A stretch of 31,776 nucleotides of DNA from a virus. Lineage: Duplodnaviria > Caudoviricetes. The stretch lies in IMG/VR virus record IMGVR_UViG_3300017707_001682, positions 1 through 31,776 of that record; one strand, given 5' to 3'. This document shows positions 1-8,851 of this stretch, in pieces (the stretch's first letter is position 1; each line of letters begins with the position of its first letter). A program made the position numbers and the translations under genes. The notes beneath the pieces are model-generated. The model ran no database searches. It saw only the letters and a list, made by a program, of their open reading frames with translations, and was not told the origin of the DNA.

Positions 1-3
1 AAG

Positions 4-963
4 ATGACCCTCGACGCCTCGGGGAATCTGCTCGTCGGAACCACTACAGCCACATCCAAGTTCGTTGTTTCCAGCTCTGGAGATACTCTCGCCACGATCA
101 TCGGTGGCGCTGCAAATGCGAAGGGCATCTCGTTCTACGACGCCTCTACCAATGGCTGCCAGATCTACTCCGTAAGTAGCGACATCCGCTTCTTTACCAC
201 GGTATCTGGAAGTTCCACAGAACGGTTGAGAATACCGTCTTCTGGAGAAATTCAAGCCATCGGCCAAGGAAGCGCATCCTCTCCGATCTTTTCGCGTACG
301 GGAGACGTCAACACCGGCCTCTACTTCCCTGCGGCAGACACCCTCGCACTTTCGGTGGGCGGGAGTGATGCGGTGTATATTGATAGTAGTCGCAGGGTAG
401 GGATCGGGACAAACGACTTCACCTACTACTCGACAGCCCTAGCCGCGATCAAGAAGGACCAAGCTGCGATCACTTATCTCGTTCTGGACAACCAGCAAAA
501 CAACTCTTCGGCTGGATCTGGACTGCTCGTCGGAGCATATGGTGGCGAATGGAAGGTGTACGTTCCGCAAAGTGCGACGTTTGCGAATCCTTTCATTTTC
601 AGCTTCGGCAGCACCGAACGCCTCCGCATCAAGTCCACCGGCCAGCTCAACTTCTCCGGCCTAGCCTCCGCTCCCACAGGTGCGGTGGGTGACCTGTACT
701 ACAACAGCGCAACCGACAGCCTGCAGCTCTACTCCGGAGCGTGGAACACTCTCACTCGCAAGATCAGCGCTGCGGGCGTTGGCACTGGAGCCACAATCAC
801 TGTGACCCACAACTGGGGTACGCGCGATGTGCTGGTGCAGGTCAGGAATAGCAGTCATGCACAGGTGTTGACTGATGTGACCTACGGAGAGGACAGTGTG
901 ACCGTCACGTTTGCGGACAGCAACACGACGCTCAGCAACTACACCGTCACCGTCATCGGATAA
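4..963 (+). CDS. Tail fibre protein, C-terminal part (probably 5'-truncated by the window)
   Basis: Repeated 'TERLRI.S.G', 'GNLLVGTT' and 'VGIGT' units typical of trimeric phage fibres. C-terminal 'THNWGTRDVLVQV' domain. The frame is open from base 1. Confidence 0.8.
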   Translation: MTLDASGNLLVGTTTATSKFVVSSSGDTLATIIGGAANAKGISFYDASTNGCQIYSVSSDIRFFTTVSGSSTERLRIPSSGEIQAIGQGSASSPIFSRTGDVNTGLYFPAADTLALSVGGSDAVYIDSSRRVGIGTNDFTYYSTALAAIKKDQAAITYLVLDNQQNNSSAGSGLLVGAYGGEWKVYVPQSATFANPFIFSFGSTERLRIKSTGQLNFSGLASAPTGAVGDLYYNSATDSLQLYSGAWNTLTRKISAAGVGTGATITVTHNWGTRDVLVQVRNSSHAQVLTDVTYGEDSVTVTFADSNTTLSNYTVTVIG

Positions 964-1568
964 TGGACTTCCTCAACGTAGCAACCTTCGGAACCAGCTC
1001 GTCTAGCACTAAGGTGCTGGTGCTGGATGGCAACACCGTCAAGTCACGCACGGCATCACAGGTGGTGACGGATGGGGGTGGTGGGTCTGGATCTTCTGGT
1101 AAAAGTTTCCAGATCACGCTGTATGAGGGCCTGTTTTTGGCCGCTTATCCAGCAATCTACCTTGATTCGGCGGCTGATGATTGGGGATGGCCACAACTTG
1201 GAGCCGTTGATGAGCCGGACAGCATCCTTAAATGCGTAAAGTTTTTGGTTCCGTTCAAACCATCAAACTATCGGTTCTCAGCTAAATGCATTTCTGCTCC
1301 TTCATATTGGGCTGGATCAACGCCTTCATCTGGCCAGTTTGGTGTTAAAATCCAATACTCCGACAACGATTCGAACTGGTATGATGTGGCTACTGTAGAC
1401 TTCAAAGGTAAAACAACTGGAAATCTTGCTGGAGCCAGCGGAACACTATCAATAACAAGCTCAGAGACCCTATTCTACATGAGGGTTCTTTGTGTCAACA
1501 CCTTGGCCAGTCCAGCATCTGGTGCTGAGATTGAGATCAGATCCTTCGTGGCTGACTTCTGGAACTAA
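963..1568 (+). CDS. Tail-fibre-associated / receptor-binding protein
   Basis: TAATG-coupled to the fibre gene. A Gly/Ser linker precedes a beta-rich, visibly AT-richer C-terminal domain that aligns by eye with 8560..8851. Confidence 0.6.
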   Translation: MDFLNVATFGTSSSSTKVLVLDGNTVKSRTASQVVTDGGGGSGSSGKSFQITLYEGLFLAAYPAIYLDSAADDWGWPQLGAVDEPDSILKCVKFLVPFKPSNYRFSAKCISAPSYWAGSTPSSGQFGVKIQYSDNDSNWYDVATVDFKGKTTGNLAGASGTLSITSSETLFYMRVLCVNTLASPASGAEIEIRSFVADFWN

Positions 1569-1570
1569 CC

Positions 1571-1598
1571 TTGCCCCCGCTCACTCTGTAGCTACCAT
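1571..1598 (+). promoter_or_regulatory. Possible sigma70-like promoter
   Basis: TTGCCC-16 nt-TACCAT, 9 nt upstream of ATG 1608. Confidence 0.3.
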
Positions 1599-1607
1599 CT
1601 CGCTCCT

Positions 1608-1781
1608 ATGACCATCGAACTGAACAAGGAACAAGCTCAAGTGTTGCTCAACCTCCTCGACATCTCAGTCAAGGCAGGTGGCATTCAGGCGGCAAAGGCT
1701 GTCGTCTTCTTCTCGGACCTCATCGCGGCGGCTGCTGCTAAAGAGGAATCACTCAACAAAGAACAGAAGGAAGTCCAATGA
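1608..1781 (+). CDS. Small helical phage protein (57 aa, not in ORF track)
   Basis: MTIELNKEQAQVLLNLLDISVKAGGIQAAKAVVFFSDLIAAAAAKEESLNKEQKEVQ. ATGA overlap with the next gene. Confidence 0.75.
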   Translation: MTIELNKEQAQVLLNLLDISVKAGGIQAAKAVVFFSDLIAAAAAKEESLNKEQKEVQ

Positions 1782-2110
1782 TTACATGGATCATCGAACA
1801 ACTCTGGGTTAAACCCAGCGAAGGCAGTCTCACCGACGTTGTCGTCACCGCTGCGTGGAGATGCAATGGCGAGCAGACGAGCGGCAGTAACACCTACAGT
1901 GGCACCTGCTACGGCACGGCCTCCTTCGAGGCTCCGGATCCGTCCCAGTTTGTGCCGTACCCGAATCTGACGCAGGCCGAGGTATTGGGCTGGGTGTGGG
2001 CTGCTGGCATCGACAAGACCGCCACTGAGGCGTCTGTGCAGAGCCAGATCAACAACGCCATCAATCCTCCGGTCATCGTTCCGCCTCTTCCCTGGGCATC
2101 TAACAGCTAA
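1778..2110 (+). CDS. Conserved tail-region small protein (possible fibre assembly protein)
   Basis: 'W.I..L...VV..AWR...FVPY.NLT..EVLGWV...LPW' pattern common next to phage tail fibre genes. Confidence 0.7.
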   Translation: MITWIIEQLWVKPSEGSLTDVVVTAAWRCNGEQTSGSNTYSGTCYGTASFEAPDPSQFVPYPNLTQAEVLGWVWAAGIDKTATEASVQSQINNAINPPVIVPPLPWASNS

Positions 2111-2116
2111 CACACC

Positions 2117-2365
2117 ATGAATGTAGGAGCCAATCGTCAGCTCGCCGGTGAGTACGGCGGCATCGCCAACACCGACACCAGTGCCGTCACCGGCAACTTC
2201 CAGCGGGTACAGTGCATCAGCGCCTGCACGTTCAGCGCGGTGACATCGAACATCACCAACTTCCCGACCGGAGTGTCCATCGCTGCTGGTACCGAGATCC
2301 CAGGCGTTTTCAGCTCGATTGCCGCAAGTGCCGGGACCTTCATTGCGTACAACCGCAAGTACTGA
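2117..2365 (+). CDS. Small beta-rich hypothetical (possible virion) protein
   Basis: 82 aa, good codon usage, packs tightly between its neighbours. Confidence 0.65.
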   Translation: MNVGANRQLAGEYGGIANTDTSAVTGNFQRVQCISACTFSAVTSNITNFPTGVSIAAGTEIPGVFSSIAASAGTFIAYNRKY

Positions 2366-2370
2366 CGCAC

Positions 2371-2589
2371 ATGGATCCACTCGTAACCCAAGCCAAGTCC
2401 TCCGGCATCTCAGCACTCCTGGGCGCCGCTGGGATCGGGGTGCAATACACTCCCATCAACGAGTTCACCAAAATGGCCATCGGCGTCGTGATCCTGTTCA
2501 CGCTCGTCATCCGAGCTGCCATCGCAGTGGTGGAGCTCAAGAAAGCACTAAACGGAAAAGAGAAGGAGAAAGACTCAAAACATGAATGA
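2371..2589 (+). CDS. Holin/antiholin-like membrane protein (72 aa)
   Basis: MDPLVTQAKSSGISALLGAAGIGVQY...MAIGVVILFTLVIRAAIAVVELKKALNGKEKEKDSKHE: hydrophobic segments and a charged C-terminal tail. Start reassigned from 2212 to ATG 2371. Confidence 0.55.
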   Translation: MDPLVTQAKSSGISALLGAAGIGVQYTPINEFTKMAIGVVILFTLVIRAAIAVVELKKALNGKEKEKDSKHE

Positions 2590-2752
2590 ATCCATCAAAT
2601 CACTGGTCCGCCACATCCTCTCCGCTGCAGGTGGCTACATGGTCGCCAAAGGCCTCGTGTCTGCTGACCAGTTGCCCGAGATCATCGGTGCGATTGTGAC
2701 GCTTTCGGCTGCAGCCTGGGGCTTCATGTCCAAACGCAAGAAAGCCGAATGA
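2582..2752 (+). CDS. Putative holin, 2 TM (56 aa, not in ORF track)
   Basis: MNESIKSLVRHILSAAGGYMVAKGLVSADQLPEIIGAIVTLSAAAWGFMSKRKKAE. Resembles the Pam3-gp28-type small holins and has a basic C-terminus. Confidence 0.7.
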   Translation: MNESIKSLVRHILSAAGGYMVAKGLVSADQLPEIIGAIVTLSAAAWGFMSKRKKAE

Positions 2753-2922
2753 TCGGAGAGATCGTCCTGGCCGTCCTGAAGTTCATCGAGTCACTCCTCC
2801 GTAAGGACACGAGCGGTGAAGATGCCAAAACCAATCCAGGTCTGCGTCAGCGCCTTCGCGATCGCATTCGCCAGCATGAGCAGCGGCTGCGCGACAAGGG
2901 TGATCCTAGTGCCCAGCGGTGA
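2749..2922 (+). CDS. Putative i-spanin (Rz-like, 57 aa, not in ORF track)
   Basis: MIGEIVLAVLKFIESLLRKDTSGEDAKTNPGLRQRLRDRIRQHEQRLRDKGDPSAQR: short N-terminal hydrophobic anchor plus a charged helix. ATGA-coupled to the holin and overlapped by a lipoprotein gene. Confidence 0.55.
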   Translation: MIGEIVLAVLKFIESLLRKDTSGEDAKTNPGLRQRLRDRIRQHEQRLRDKGDPSAQR

Positions 2923-3046
2923 GCCTGTGCGGCTCGCTGAGAGTGTCAAAGCTCGCGTCTGGGTGCTGGACTCGAACGGAAACCAAATCAAATCACAAAA
3001 CCGCGTGACGCTCCCAGAGGGGTGGTACGCATTACCGAAGGAATGA
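2822..3046 (+). CDS. Putative o-spanin lipoprotein (Rz1-like)
   Basis: MPKPIQVCVSAFAIAFASMSSG|CATRVILVP: signal peptide with lipobox Cys. Starts inside the i-spanin candidate in the +1 frame. Confidence 0.6.
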   Translation: MPKPIQVCVSAFAIAFASMSSGCATRVILVPSGEPVRLAESVKARVWVLDSNGNQIKSQNRVTLPEGWYALPKE

Positions 3047-3047
3047 C

Positions 3048-3200
3048 ATGACCGTCAACGTGCTGAATGAAGATGGAACCACCACCGTCATCGATTGCGA
3101 GGTCCTGATGGGACAGCTCGAGGACGTCTCGGGGAAGCCTGTGCAGTCGACTGAGCTGGTATTCCAGAAGCCTGCTCAACCCGAACCTGCTTCAGAATGA
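3048..3200 (+). CDS. Small acidic hypothetical protein (50 aa, not in ORF track)
   Basis: MTVNVLNEDGTTTVIDCEVLMGQLEDVSGKPVQSTELVFQKPAQPEPASE. Fills the gap and has an ATGA overlap with 3197. Confidence 0.6.
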   Translation: MTVNVLNEDGTTTVIDCEVLMGQLEDVSGKPVQSTELVFQKPAQPEPASE

Positions 3201-3442
3201 TCAACTACAAAGGCGAGAAGTTTGCTGGCTACAACAAGCCGAAACGAACTCCTGGTGGACCTAAAAAATCCGCGGTGCTCGCCAAGGAAGGTAACCAGGT
3301 CAAGCTGGTCCGATTTGGTGACCCAAACATGAGCATCAAAAAGCACATCCCCGAGCGCAGGGCCAGCTTTCGAGCACGGCACGGCTGCGACAATCCGGGC
3401 AGCAAACTCTCCGCGAAGTACTGGTCCTGCAAAGCCTGGTGA
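3197..3442 (+). CDS. Small basic conserved viral protein (DUF6321/DUF5754-like)
   Basis: 'VRFGDPNM.IKK..PERR.SFRARH.C......LSA.YWSCKAW' signature, widespread in phages. Confidence 0.75.
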   Translation: MINYKGEKFAGYNKPKRTPGGPKKSAVLAKEGNQVKLVRFGDPNMSIKKHIPERRASFRARHGCDNPGSKLSAKYWSCKAW

Positions 3443-3445
3443 CCT

Positions 3446-4369
3446 ATGGCCAAGACCGTGACCTACGAATACGTGCTGAGGAAGGCCTGCGAGTTGACTG
3501 GTCGCACCTATCCTCCGACCACCGAGGAAGCCAACTTCTTCCGCACGTTCATCAACTCCGGTCTTCGTCAAGCCTGGGAGGCGTTCGATTGGCCCGATCA
3601 GACCATCGTGCAGCAGGAGTTTTTCGCTCCGACGTACTCCTCAGCAACAGCCTATTCTGTTGGCGATGTCGTGTACTTCCTGGTCGAGGAAAAGTACTAC
3701 CAATGTGTCCGAGCCGCAGGAAGCACCGGCAATGATCCGACGACTGACGGGCCTGGAGGCACACTCAACGCGGCATATTGGGCTGAAGCTCTTCCGGCCT
3801 ACGGCAACACCGACGGCGGAGACTGGTCAGCCAATGACACGTACGCGATCGGAGACATCGTCCTGTACCCGGTCACCCAGCGGTACTACCAGTGTGTTGC
3901 AACGCCTTCTATCGGCACGGTGCCGACCAACACGACGTACTGGGGGCTGCTCAATCCGTTCTTCCGATACGTGTCGAAGACGACTAACCCGGACGGAACA
4001 ACCCGGACCAACGAGCTCGGTGAGATCTTCGCCGTGTACCGTGGAGATCCGAGGGTCAAGATCCCTCAGACCAGGAACGTCAACTACGGGTTCGACAGCG
4101 ATGGAATGATCGTTGCTGACCAGATCCCGTACGCATGGCTCGAGGTTCGACTTCTTCCGCCGATCTACACTGCAGACCCGGCGACTGTCCCATACAGGTT
4201 TGCCGAGATCTGTGCATACCGAGCCGCGGGTCAGATGCTCCGAGTCGATGGCAAGGTCGACTTAGGCAATGAGTTCTTGCAACTTGGCGAGGCCGCTCTA
4301 TCCGACGAAGTGGACAAGGTCGCCAGACAGGAAATGCAGGTGAGGCAGATCGTTGTACCGACACGCTGA
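3446..4369 (+). CDS. Head-tail adaptor (tail tubular A-like) with two inserted CBM5/12-like repeats
   Basis: Helical N- and C-termini typical of adaptors and position before the nozzle. Internal repeats 'YSSATAYSVGDVVY...YYQCV...YW' and 'WSANDTYAIGDIVLY...YYQCV...PT..TYW'. Confidence 0.65.
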   Translation: MAKTVTYEYVLRKACELTGRTYPPTTEEANFFRTFINSGLRQAWEAFDWPDQTIVQQEFFAPTYSSATAYSVGDVVYFLVEEKYYQCVRAAGSTGNDPTTDGPGGTLNAAYWAEALPAYGNTDGGDWSANDTYAIGDIVLYPVTQRYYQCVATPSIGTVPTNTTYWGLLNPFFRYVSKTTNPDGTTRTNELGEIFAVYRGDPRVKIPQTRNVNYGFDSDGMIVADQIPYAWLEVRLLPPIYTADPATVPYRFAEICAYRAAGQMLRVDGKVDLGNEFLQLGEAALSDEVDKVARQEMQVRQIVVPTR

Positions 4370-7134
4370 TGCCAGACATCCCACAACTGGTTGGTCAGGA
4401 CGATGGGTTCATCGGAATGAACTCACGCATCAACGCTGATCTTCTGCCTCCAGGCTATGTCTCGTTGGCGGTGAATCGGAGGTTCGAGGACAAGAACATC
4501 AAGAACCGCTGGGGCGTGATTCGCCCGAAGTGGGGAGGTCTCTGGAACACTGGTTCTTTCACCGCAAACGTCACACTCAACAGCTCGACGGTGAACACGG
4601 CATCGGGCCTGAGCCAGGTCGCCGAAAATACCATCGTCACCTGCAACGAAGTGTCGAACGAGCTCGTGTTCAAAAACGGCACGAGGCTCTTGTCCAAGTC
4701 GCTCGACAACAGCAACGCGATATTCAGCACGAGCGCCTACTCGTTCACCAATCCGAATCCTCAGACCTTCAAGTACTATTCATCGACCACCGGCATCACG
4801 GACATTGTCGCGATGTTGAAGTACCGTGATCAGACCACTGGAAAGCAGGGTCTCATCGCGGCTTCAAACGTCTCGAGATCCGATGGCGGACAGGGACGTG
4901 TGTTCCTCATCCGACCCAATCAGAGCCACCTGGAGATCCCGATGAATGGACACGACTTCTACGCCGACGTCCGGTTGATTCAGTGCGGCGACTCGGTGGT
5001 CATGCTGCGTCCGGGGCCTGCGAGGTACTACTTCAACGGAACCGACGTCAACGGATCCACCGATACCATCACCCTCAACGTCACGCCTGATCTGCAGACT
5101 GGTGACCGTGTGATGATTGGCCAGACAGGAACTGAGACTCCACTGTGGGTGGGAGCAACGAGCAGTGGCCAAGGATTCGGCATCTACGTCAATGTGGTCG
5201 GATCCGCGGTGACCCTGCACCTGACCAAGGGCAACGCACAGACTGCTCAGAACAAGCTCGATCTGAGGACTGGACTCACGTCTGCCAACAGGTTCTACAT
5301 CGAGCTGCAGAACAACACGACCAGCTACGATATCACCCAGGGTCTCGAGTCGTACCAGAACGACGGGCTGCCGCTGATCATGCAGGCATCCTACTCCTCC
5401 GGGAGCCAGGTGCAGGCGCTCGACAAGGGCTTCGACCGGGTTCCTTTCGCCAAGTCAATCGTCGCCGCGGATGCCACAGACGACACGATCACGGTTCCGA
5501 ATCACAATTTCGTTCCTGGTGATCAGGTCACGATCAGCAACTGCACCGCGACTGGACCTTCTTCTGTCGCTCTGGACGGCATCTACTATGTATTCCCAGT
5601 TGACGAGAACACTTTGCGTCTGTTCCAGGGCGACACCGAGGAGACCGATTCTCTCAACGATGCTGAACGAGCCACTGTAGTAGCCAACCTGGCGTCAGGA
5701 ACTCCACCGACAGGCATCGCGACGTTCTCAATCAGGAATCAGGGAAAGGGATACCTCAGCGCACCTGATGTCACATTCTCAAGCGGTGTCGCAACAGCCA
5801 CAGCGACCATCAGCGAAGGCAAGGTCACAGCAGTCAATGTCGCCAACCCAGGCAGCTATACATCGGCGCCGACAGTGACGATTGAGATGCCGACCACTCT
5901 CGTCGACATCACCGGGAGCGGCACAGGTACCATTGCCAAATCGTCTGCATCCGGCGCCAACATACCAGCGGGTCGTGACGGGTTGTACTTTCAGAACAGA
6001 CTTCTGATGGTCTACGGAAACGATTTCCTCGCCGTTTCCGACGTGCTGGATCCGCTCCACTACTCGAAGGTCATCAACGATTTCAAACTCAACACCGGAG
6101 CCAACGACAGGGTCATCACCGTTGCAGCGTTCAACAACACCACCTTGGTCGTCTTCAAGCAGCGGTCCATCCTGGCCATCGAGAACCTCTACGGTGATCT
6201 CTCGACAGTCCGGCTCACCGAGGTCACGCGTGAATTCGGATGTGTGGCGCCCAACTCGGTGGTCAACACAGGCTCGGACCTGATCTTCCTGTCGCAGCGC
6301 GGAGTCATCAGCCTCAAGCAGACAGAGTATGGCATAGCCCAAAGCGTCATCGTTCCACTGTCCGACAGCATTCAAAACCTGGTGGACGACATCGATGAGG
6401 TGAACTGGTCCAAGAGCTGTGCCGCGTACTTCGACAATAGGTACTTGTTGGCCCATCCGACGGAGGGTGGAGACGGCACCAATGACAGGGTTCTGGTCTA
6501 CAACTTCCTGAACCAGGCTTGGGAGGGGTATTGGGAAGGCGAGCTCCTGAATCCGAAGTTCTTTGAGCGACTCGTTGTTTCGGGAACCGAGCGGCTGGTA
6601 TTCGCTGACGAGAGCGGGTTCATCCACACCTTCGACAAGGACGCTTTGTTCGATCGCAACGCGACTGGGACAGCCTATCAGATCGACACCCGAGTGGAGT
6701 TCAGGGGTTACACCGCAGACGCAGTCGAACACAAACAGTGGACCGACCTGCATCTTGAGCTCAGGAACTGGAACACGCGCTACGACATCAGTGTCGCATT
6801 CGACGGTGTCGATGAGGAGATCATCCTGGCAACCGACACAACCAAGGACAGAACTGCCTACTATCGGTACGGACAGTCTGCCTATGCCGTGAACAACAGT
6901 GGGGACAACTTCAGGTCTCCGTATCGGGAAGATTATTCAACTCTTCCGGTGCTACAGTGCGGCTCCAATGGATGGACTGCCGGTCTGCATCAGAGCTATA
7001 CGCACAAGGCGCGGCTCAAAGGACACGCGTCTGCGGCTCAACCTGTGCTGACCACCGACCGCGGATCACTGATCGTGGCCAACGTCAAGGTGGTCGGAAT
7101 TCCCTTCAGACTTTACGGTAGAAACGACGTCTAG
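4369..7134 (+). CDS. Tail nozzle / tail tubular protein B-like
   Basis: 921 aa, N-terminal 'GFIGMNSR...N.RF'. C-terminal beta-propeller-like segments ('YFQNRL','LVVFKQRSI','GCVAPNSV','LIFLSQRGV','VLVYNF...W'). Confidence 0.75.
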   Translation: MPDIPQLVGQDDGFIGMNSRINADLLPPGYVSLAVNRRFEDKNIKNRWGVIRPKWGGLWNTGSFTANVTLNSSTVNTASGLSQVAENTIVTCNEVSNELVFKNGTRLLSKSLDNSNAIFSTSAYSFTNPNPQTFKYYSSTTGITDIVAMLKYRDQTTGKQGLIAASNVSRSDGGQGRVFLIRPNQSHLEIPMNGHDFYADVRLIQCGDSVVMLRPGPARYYFNGTDVNGSTDTITLNVTPDLQTGDRVMIGQTGTETPLWVGATSSGQGFGIYVNVVGSAVTLHLTKGNAQTAQNKLDLRTGLTSANRFYIELQNNTTSYDITQGLESYQNDGLPLIMQASYSSGSQVQALDKGFDRVPFAKSIVAADATDDTITVPNHNFVPGDQVTISNCTATGPSSVALDGIYYVFPVDENTLRLFQGDTEETDSLNDAERATVVANLASGTPPTGIATFSIRNQGKGYLSAPDVTFSSGVATATATISEGKVTAVNVANPGSYTSAPTVTIEMPTTLVDITGSGTGTIAKSSASGANIPAGRDGLYFQNRLLMVYGNDFLAVSDVLDPLHYSKVINDFKLNTGANDRVITVAAFNNTTLVVFKQRSILAIENLYGDLSTVRLTEVTREFGCVAPNSVVNTGSDLIFLSQRGVISLKQTEYGIAQSVIVPLSDSIQNLVDDIDEVNWSKSCAAYFDNRYLLAHPTEGGDGTNDRVLVYNFLNQAWEGYWEGELLNPKFFERLVVSGTERLVFADESGFIHTFDKDALFDRNATGTAYQIDTRVEFRGYTADAVEHKQWTDLHLELRNWNTRYDISVAFDGVDEEIILATDTTKDRTAYYRYGQSAYAVNNSGDNFRSPYREDYSTLPVLQCGSNGWTAGLHQSYTHKARLKGHASAAQPVLTTDRGSLIVANVKVVGIPFRLYGRNDV

Positions 7135-7136
7135 CC

Positions 7137-7967
7137 ATGCCACTCTTTGTTTCAGTCACACCAGGAACCACTGTCACCAATTCGACGACGCTCGATGCGA
7201 CAACCCTGAACCTGTTGGGAACGCCATCTGTCGACGTCACGGGAACCGTCGATGGTGGATCGTTGTCGCTGTCGGCGGGGTCAGTTGGAACCAATGAGCT
7301 GGCAGCCAATGCGGTGACGTTTGCAAAAATGCAGACTGTCACGGCAAACCGTCTCCTTGGAAATGACGGCACTGGCACTGCGATCGAGGAAATCACTCCG
7401 AACACAACCAACTTCGAGTTCGGTTCCGGCACATTCGCGCTCAAGAACCGGGGCGTCAGTGAAGCCAAGCTGTTCGAGGTCACTACCAAGAAGCTGTTGG
7501 GACGTAACGCAACCACAGACGGCGACGTGCAGCAGATCACGGTGGGCACTGGGCTAACTTTGAGTGACGCTGGAACCCTGAGTGTCAGTGCGTCGGTGAA
7601 GACTTGGACGTCGGCTGAACTGACGGTTCCAAACGCTGGGTCCACAGAGTCGATCACGTTCGCCTCAACGACATTGGGTGGCGCACCTGATATCGTCGCA
7701 GCCTACCTCAAATGCGTGGACGCAGGTGGTGATGCAACCTACGCGCTCAACGATACACTGGAGATTGGAATGATTACTGGTGACGTTTCTGACACTGAAG
7801 TTCCTGCATTTAGTGTCTACTTGAACTCGAGTTCGGTAAATATACTAAGAGGGAATAGCGGGGTTGGGATGCTTTTAATAGTTCCACAAAAAACCACAGG
7901 ATATGCAATCGCGCAGATGACTGCCTCAAAGTGGCGTCTGATTGTTAAACTGTTGAAGTTCGGCTGA
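7137..7967 (+). CDS. Short tail fibre/spike, paralog 1
   Basis: 'AVTFAKMQ...RLLG' repeats typical of fibres. N-terminus shared with the next gene; AT-richer C-terminal tip. Confidence 0.7.
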   Translation: MPLFVSVTPGTTVTNSTTLDATTLNLLGTPSVDVTGTVDGGSLSLSAGSVGTNELAANAVTFAKMQTVTANRLLGNDGTGTAIEEITPNTTNFEFGSGTFALKNRGVSEAKLFEVTTKKLLGRNATTDGDVQQITVGTGLTLSDAGTLSVSASVKTWTSAELTVPNAGSTESITFASTTLGGAPDIVAAYLKCVDAGGDATYALNDTLEIGMITGDVSDTEVPAFSVYLNSSSVNILRGNSGVGMLLIVPQKTTGYAIAQMTASKWRLIVKLLKFG

Positions 7968-8590
7968 TGCCTCTCTACGTCACAGTGACTCCCGGAACGA
8001 CGGTGACTTCGAGCACCGTGCTGGACCCGAGTGTTCTGAACCTACTGGGCAATCCTGCGATTGACATCAATGGGACTGTGGATGGTGGGTCACTCTCTCT
8101 TGCAGCGGGATCAGTCACGACATCGGCTCTCGCGGATGACGCGGTCACATTTCCGAAGTTCCAGAACATTGGAACCGATCGACTGCTGGGTCGAGACACT
8201 GCCGGAGTTGGAGATGTTGAGGAGCTGACGGTCAGCGGCGGTCTAGGTTTCACAGGCTCCGGAGGCATCGAGATCAGCAACGGGCAGGTCGCCTACGCAA
8301 AAATCGTCCCGGTGGCTGCGTCGAGGCTTCTGGGAAATCCCACCGGATCCTCAGCCACCATGTCCGAGATACCACTGGGGACTGGTTTGGCCTTTCAGGG
8401 CGGTGCGTTGGTCAACACGGTGGCTGCCAAGTATCGGGCTGACTTCCAGTTCTCGCGAGGCGATGCACCGAGTTCCCTATCGATACCGGCAAGCTCGAAC
8501 ACTACAGTCACGTATTGGCCGTTCACTGAGGACAACGACGACAACATTTTCACGCAGTTTCAAACATCGTTCGTTCCGACAAACTATTAG
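7967..8590 (+). CDS. Short tail fibre/spike, paralog 2 (ends at an in-frame TAG)
   Basis: N-terminus MPLYVTVTPGTTVTSSTVLDPSVLNLLGNP is nearly identical to 7137. The frame continues past TAG 8588-8590. Confidence 0.7.
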   Translation: MPLYVTVTPGTTVTSSTVLDPSVLNLLGNPAIDINGTVDGGSLSLAAGSVTTSALADDAVTFPKFQNIGTDRLLGRDTAGVGDVEELTVSGGLGFTGSGGIEISNGQVAYAKIVPVAASRLLGNPTGSSATMSEIPLGTGLAFQGGALVNTVAAKYRADFQFSRGDAPSSLSIPASSNTTVTYWPFTEDNDDNIFTQFQTSFVPTNY

Positions 8591-8851
8591 ATCACGATGA
8601 CGTCGACGATCGACATCACTTCTGAAACGCCAGTCGGTTTGACGCTGCAATACTCAACGAACCTTTCCTCTTGGGAGAACATCTACTCATGGGACTTGAG
8701 GGGAACTGCTGGCTACAGATCCACATCTGGTGCGGTGTCCATCACGGGATCACCAGCCAATGTCTACTATAGGCTGGTCAAGTATAACCCATCAGAGCCG
8801 TTAGCAGTGAACCTGAGTGTGCTTGGTTTGACACTGAGTGTCTGGAACTGA
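8591..8851 (+). CDS. In-frame C-terminal continuation of fibre paralog 2 (readthrough, nonsense allele or separate 84-aa ORF from ATG 8597)
   Basis: Same frame as 7967. Homologous by eye to the C-terminal domain of 963..1568 (QYS....W...G..SIT....Y.R...WN). Confidence 0.55.
   Translation: MTMTSTIDITSETPVGLTLQYSTNLSSWENIYSWDLRGTAGYRSTSGAVSITGSPANVYYRLVKYNPSEPLAVNLSVLGLTLSVWN

Noticed and set aside
8588-8590. Genome-wide TAG reassignment (genetic code 15)
   Set aside because: Only one internal TAG was found. TAG cleanly ends genes at 7134, 11116 and 19110, and the long genes are intact under code 11.
963-8851. Diversity-generating retroelement acting on fibre tips
   Set aside because: No reverse transcriptase and no near-identical TR/VR pair differing only at adenines in this window.
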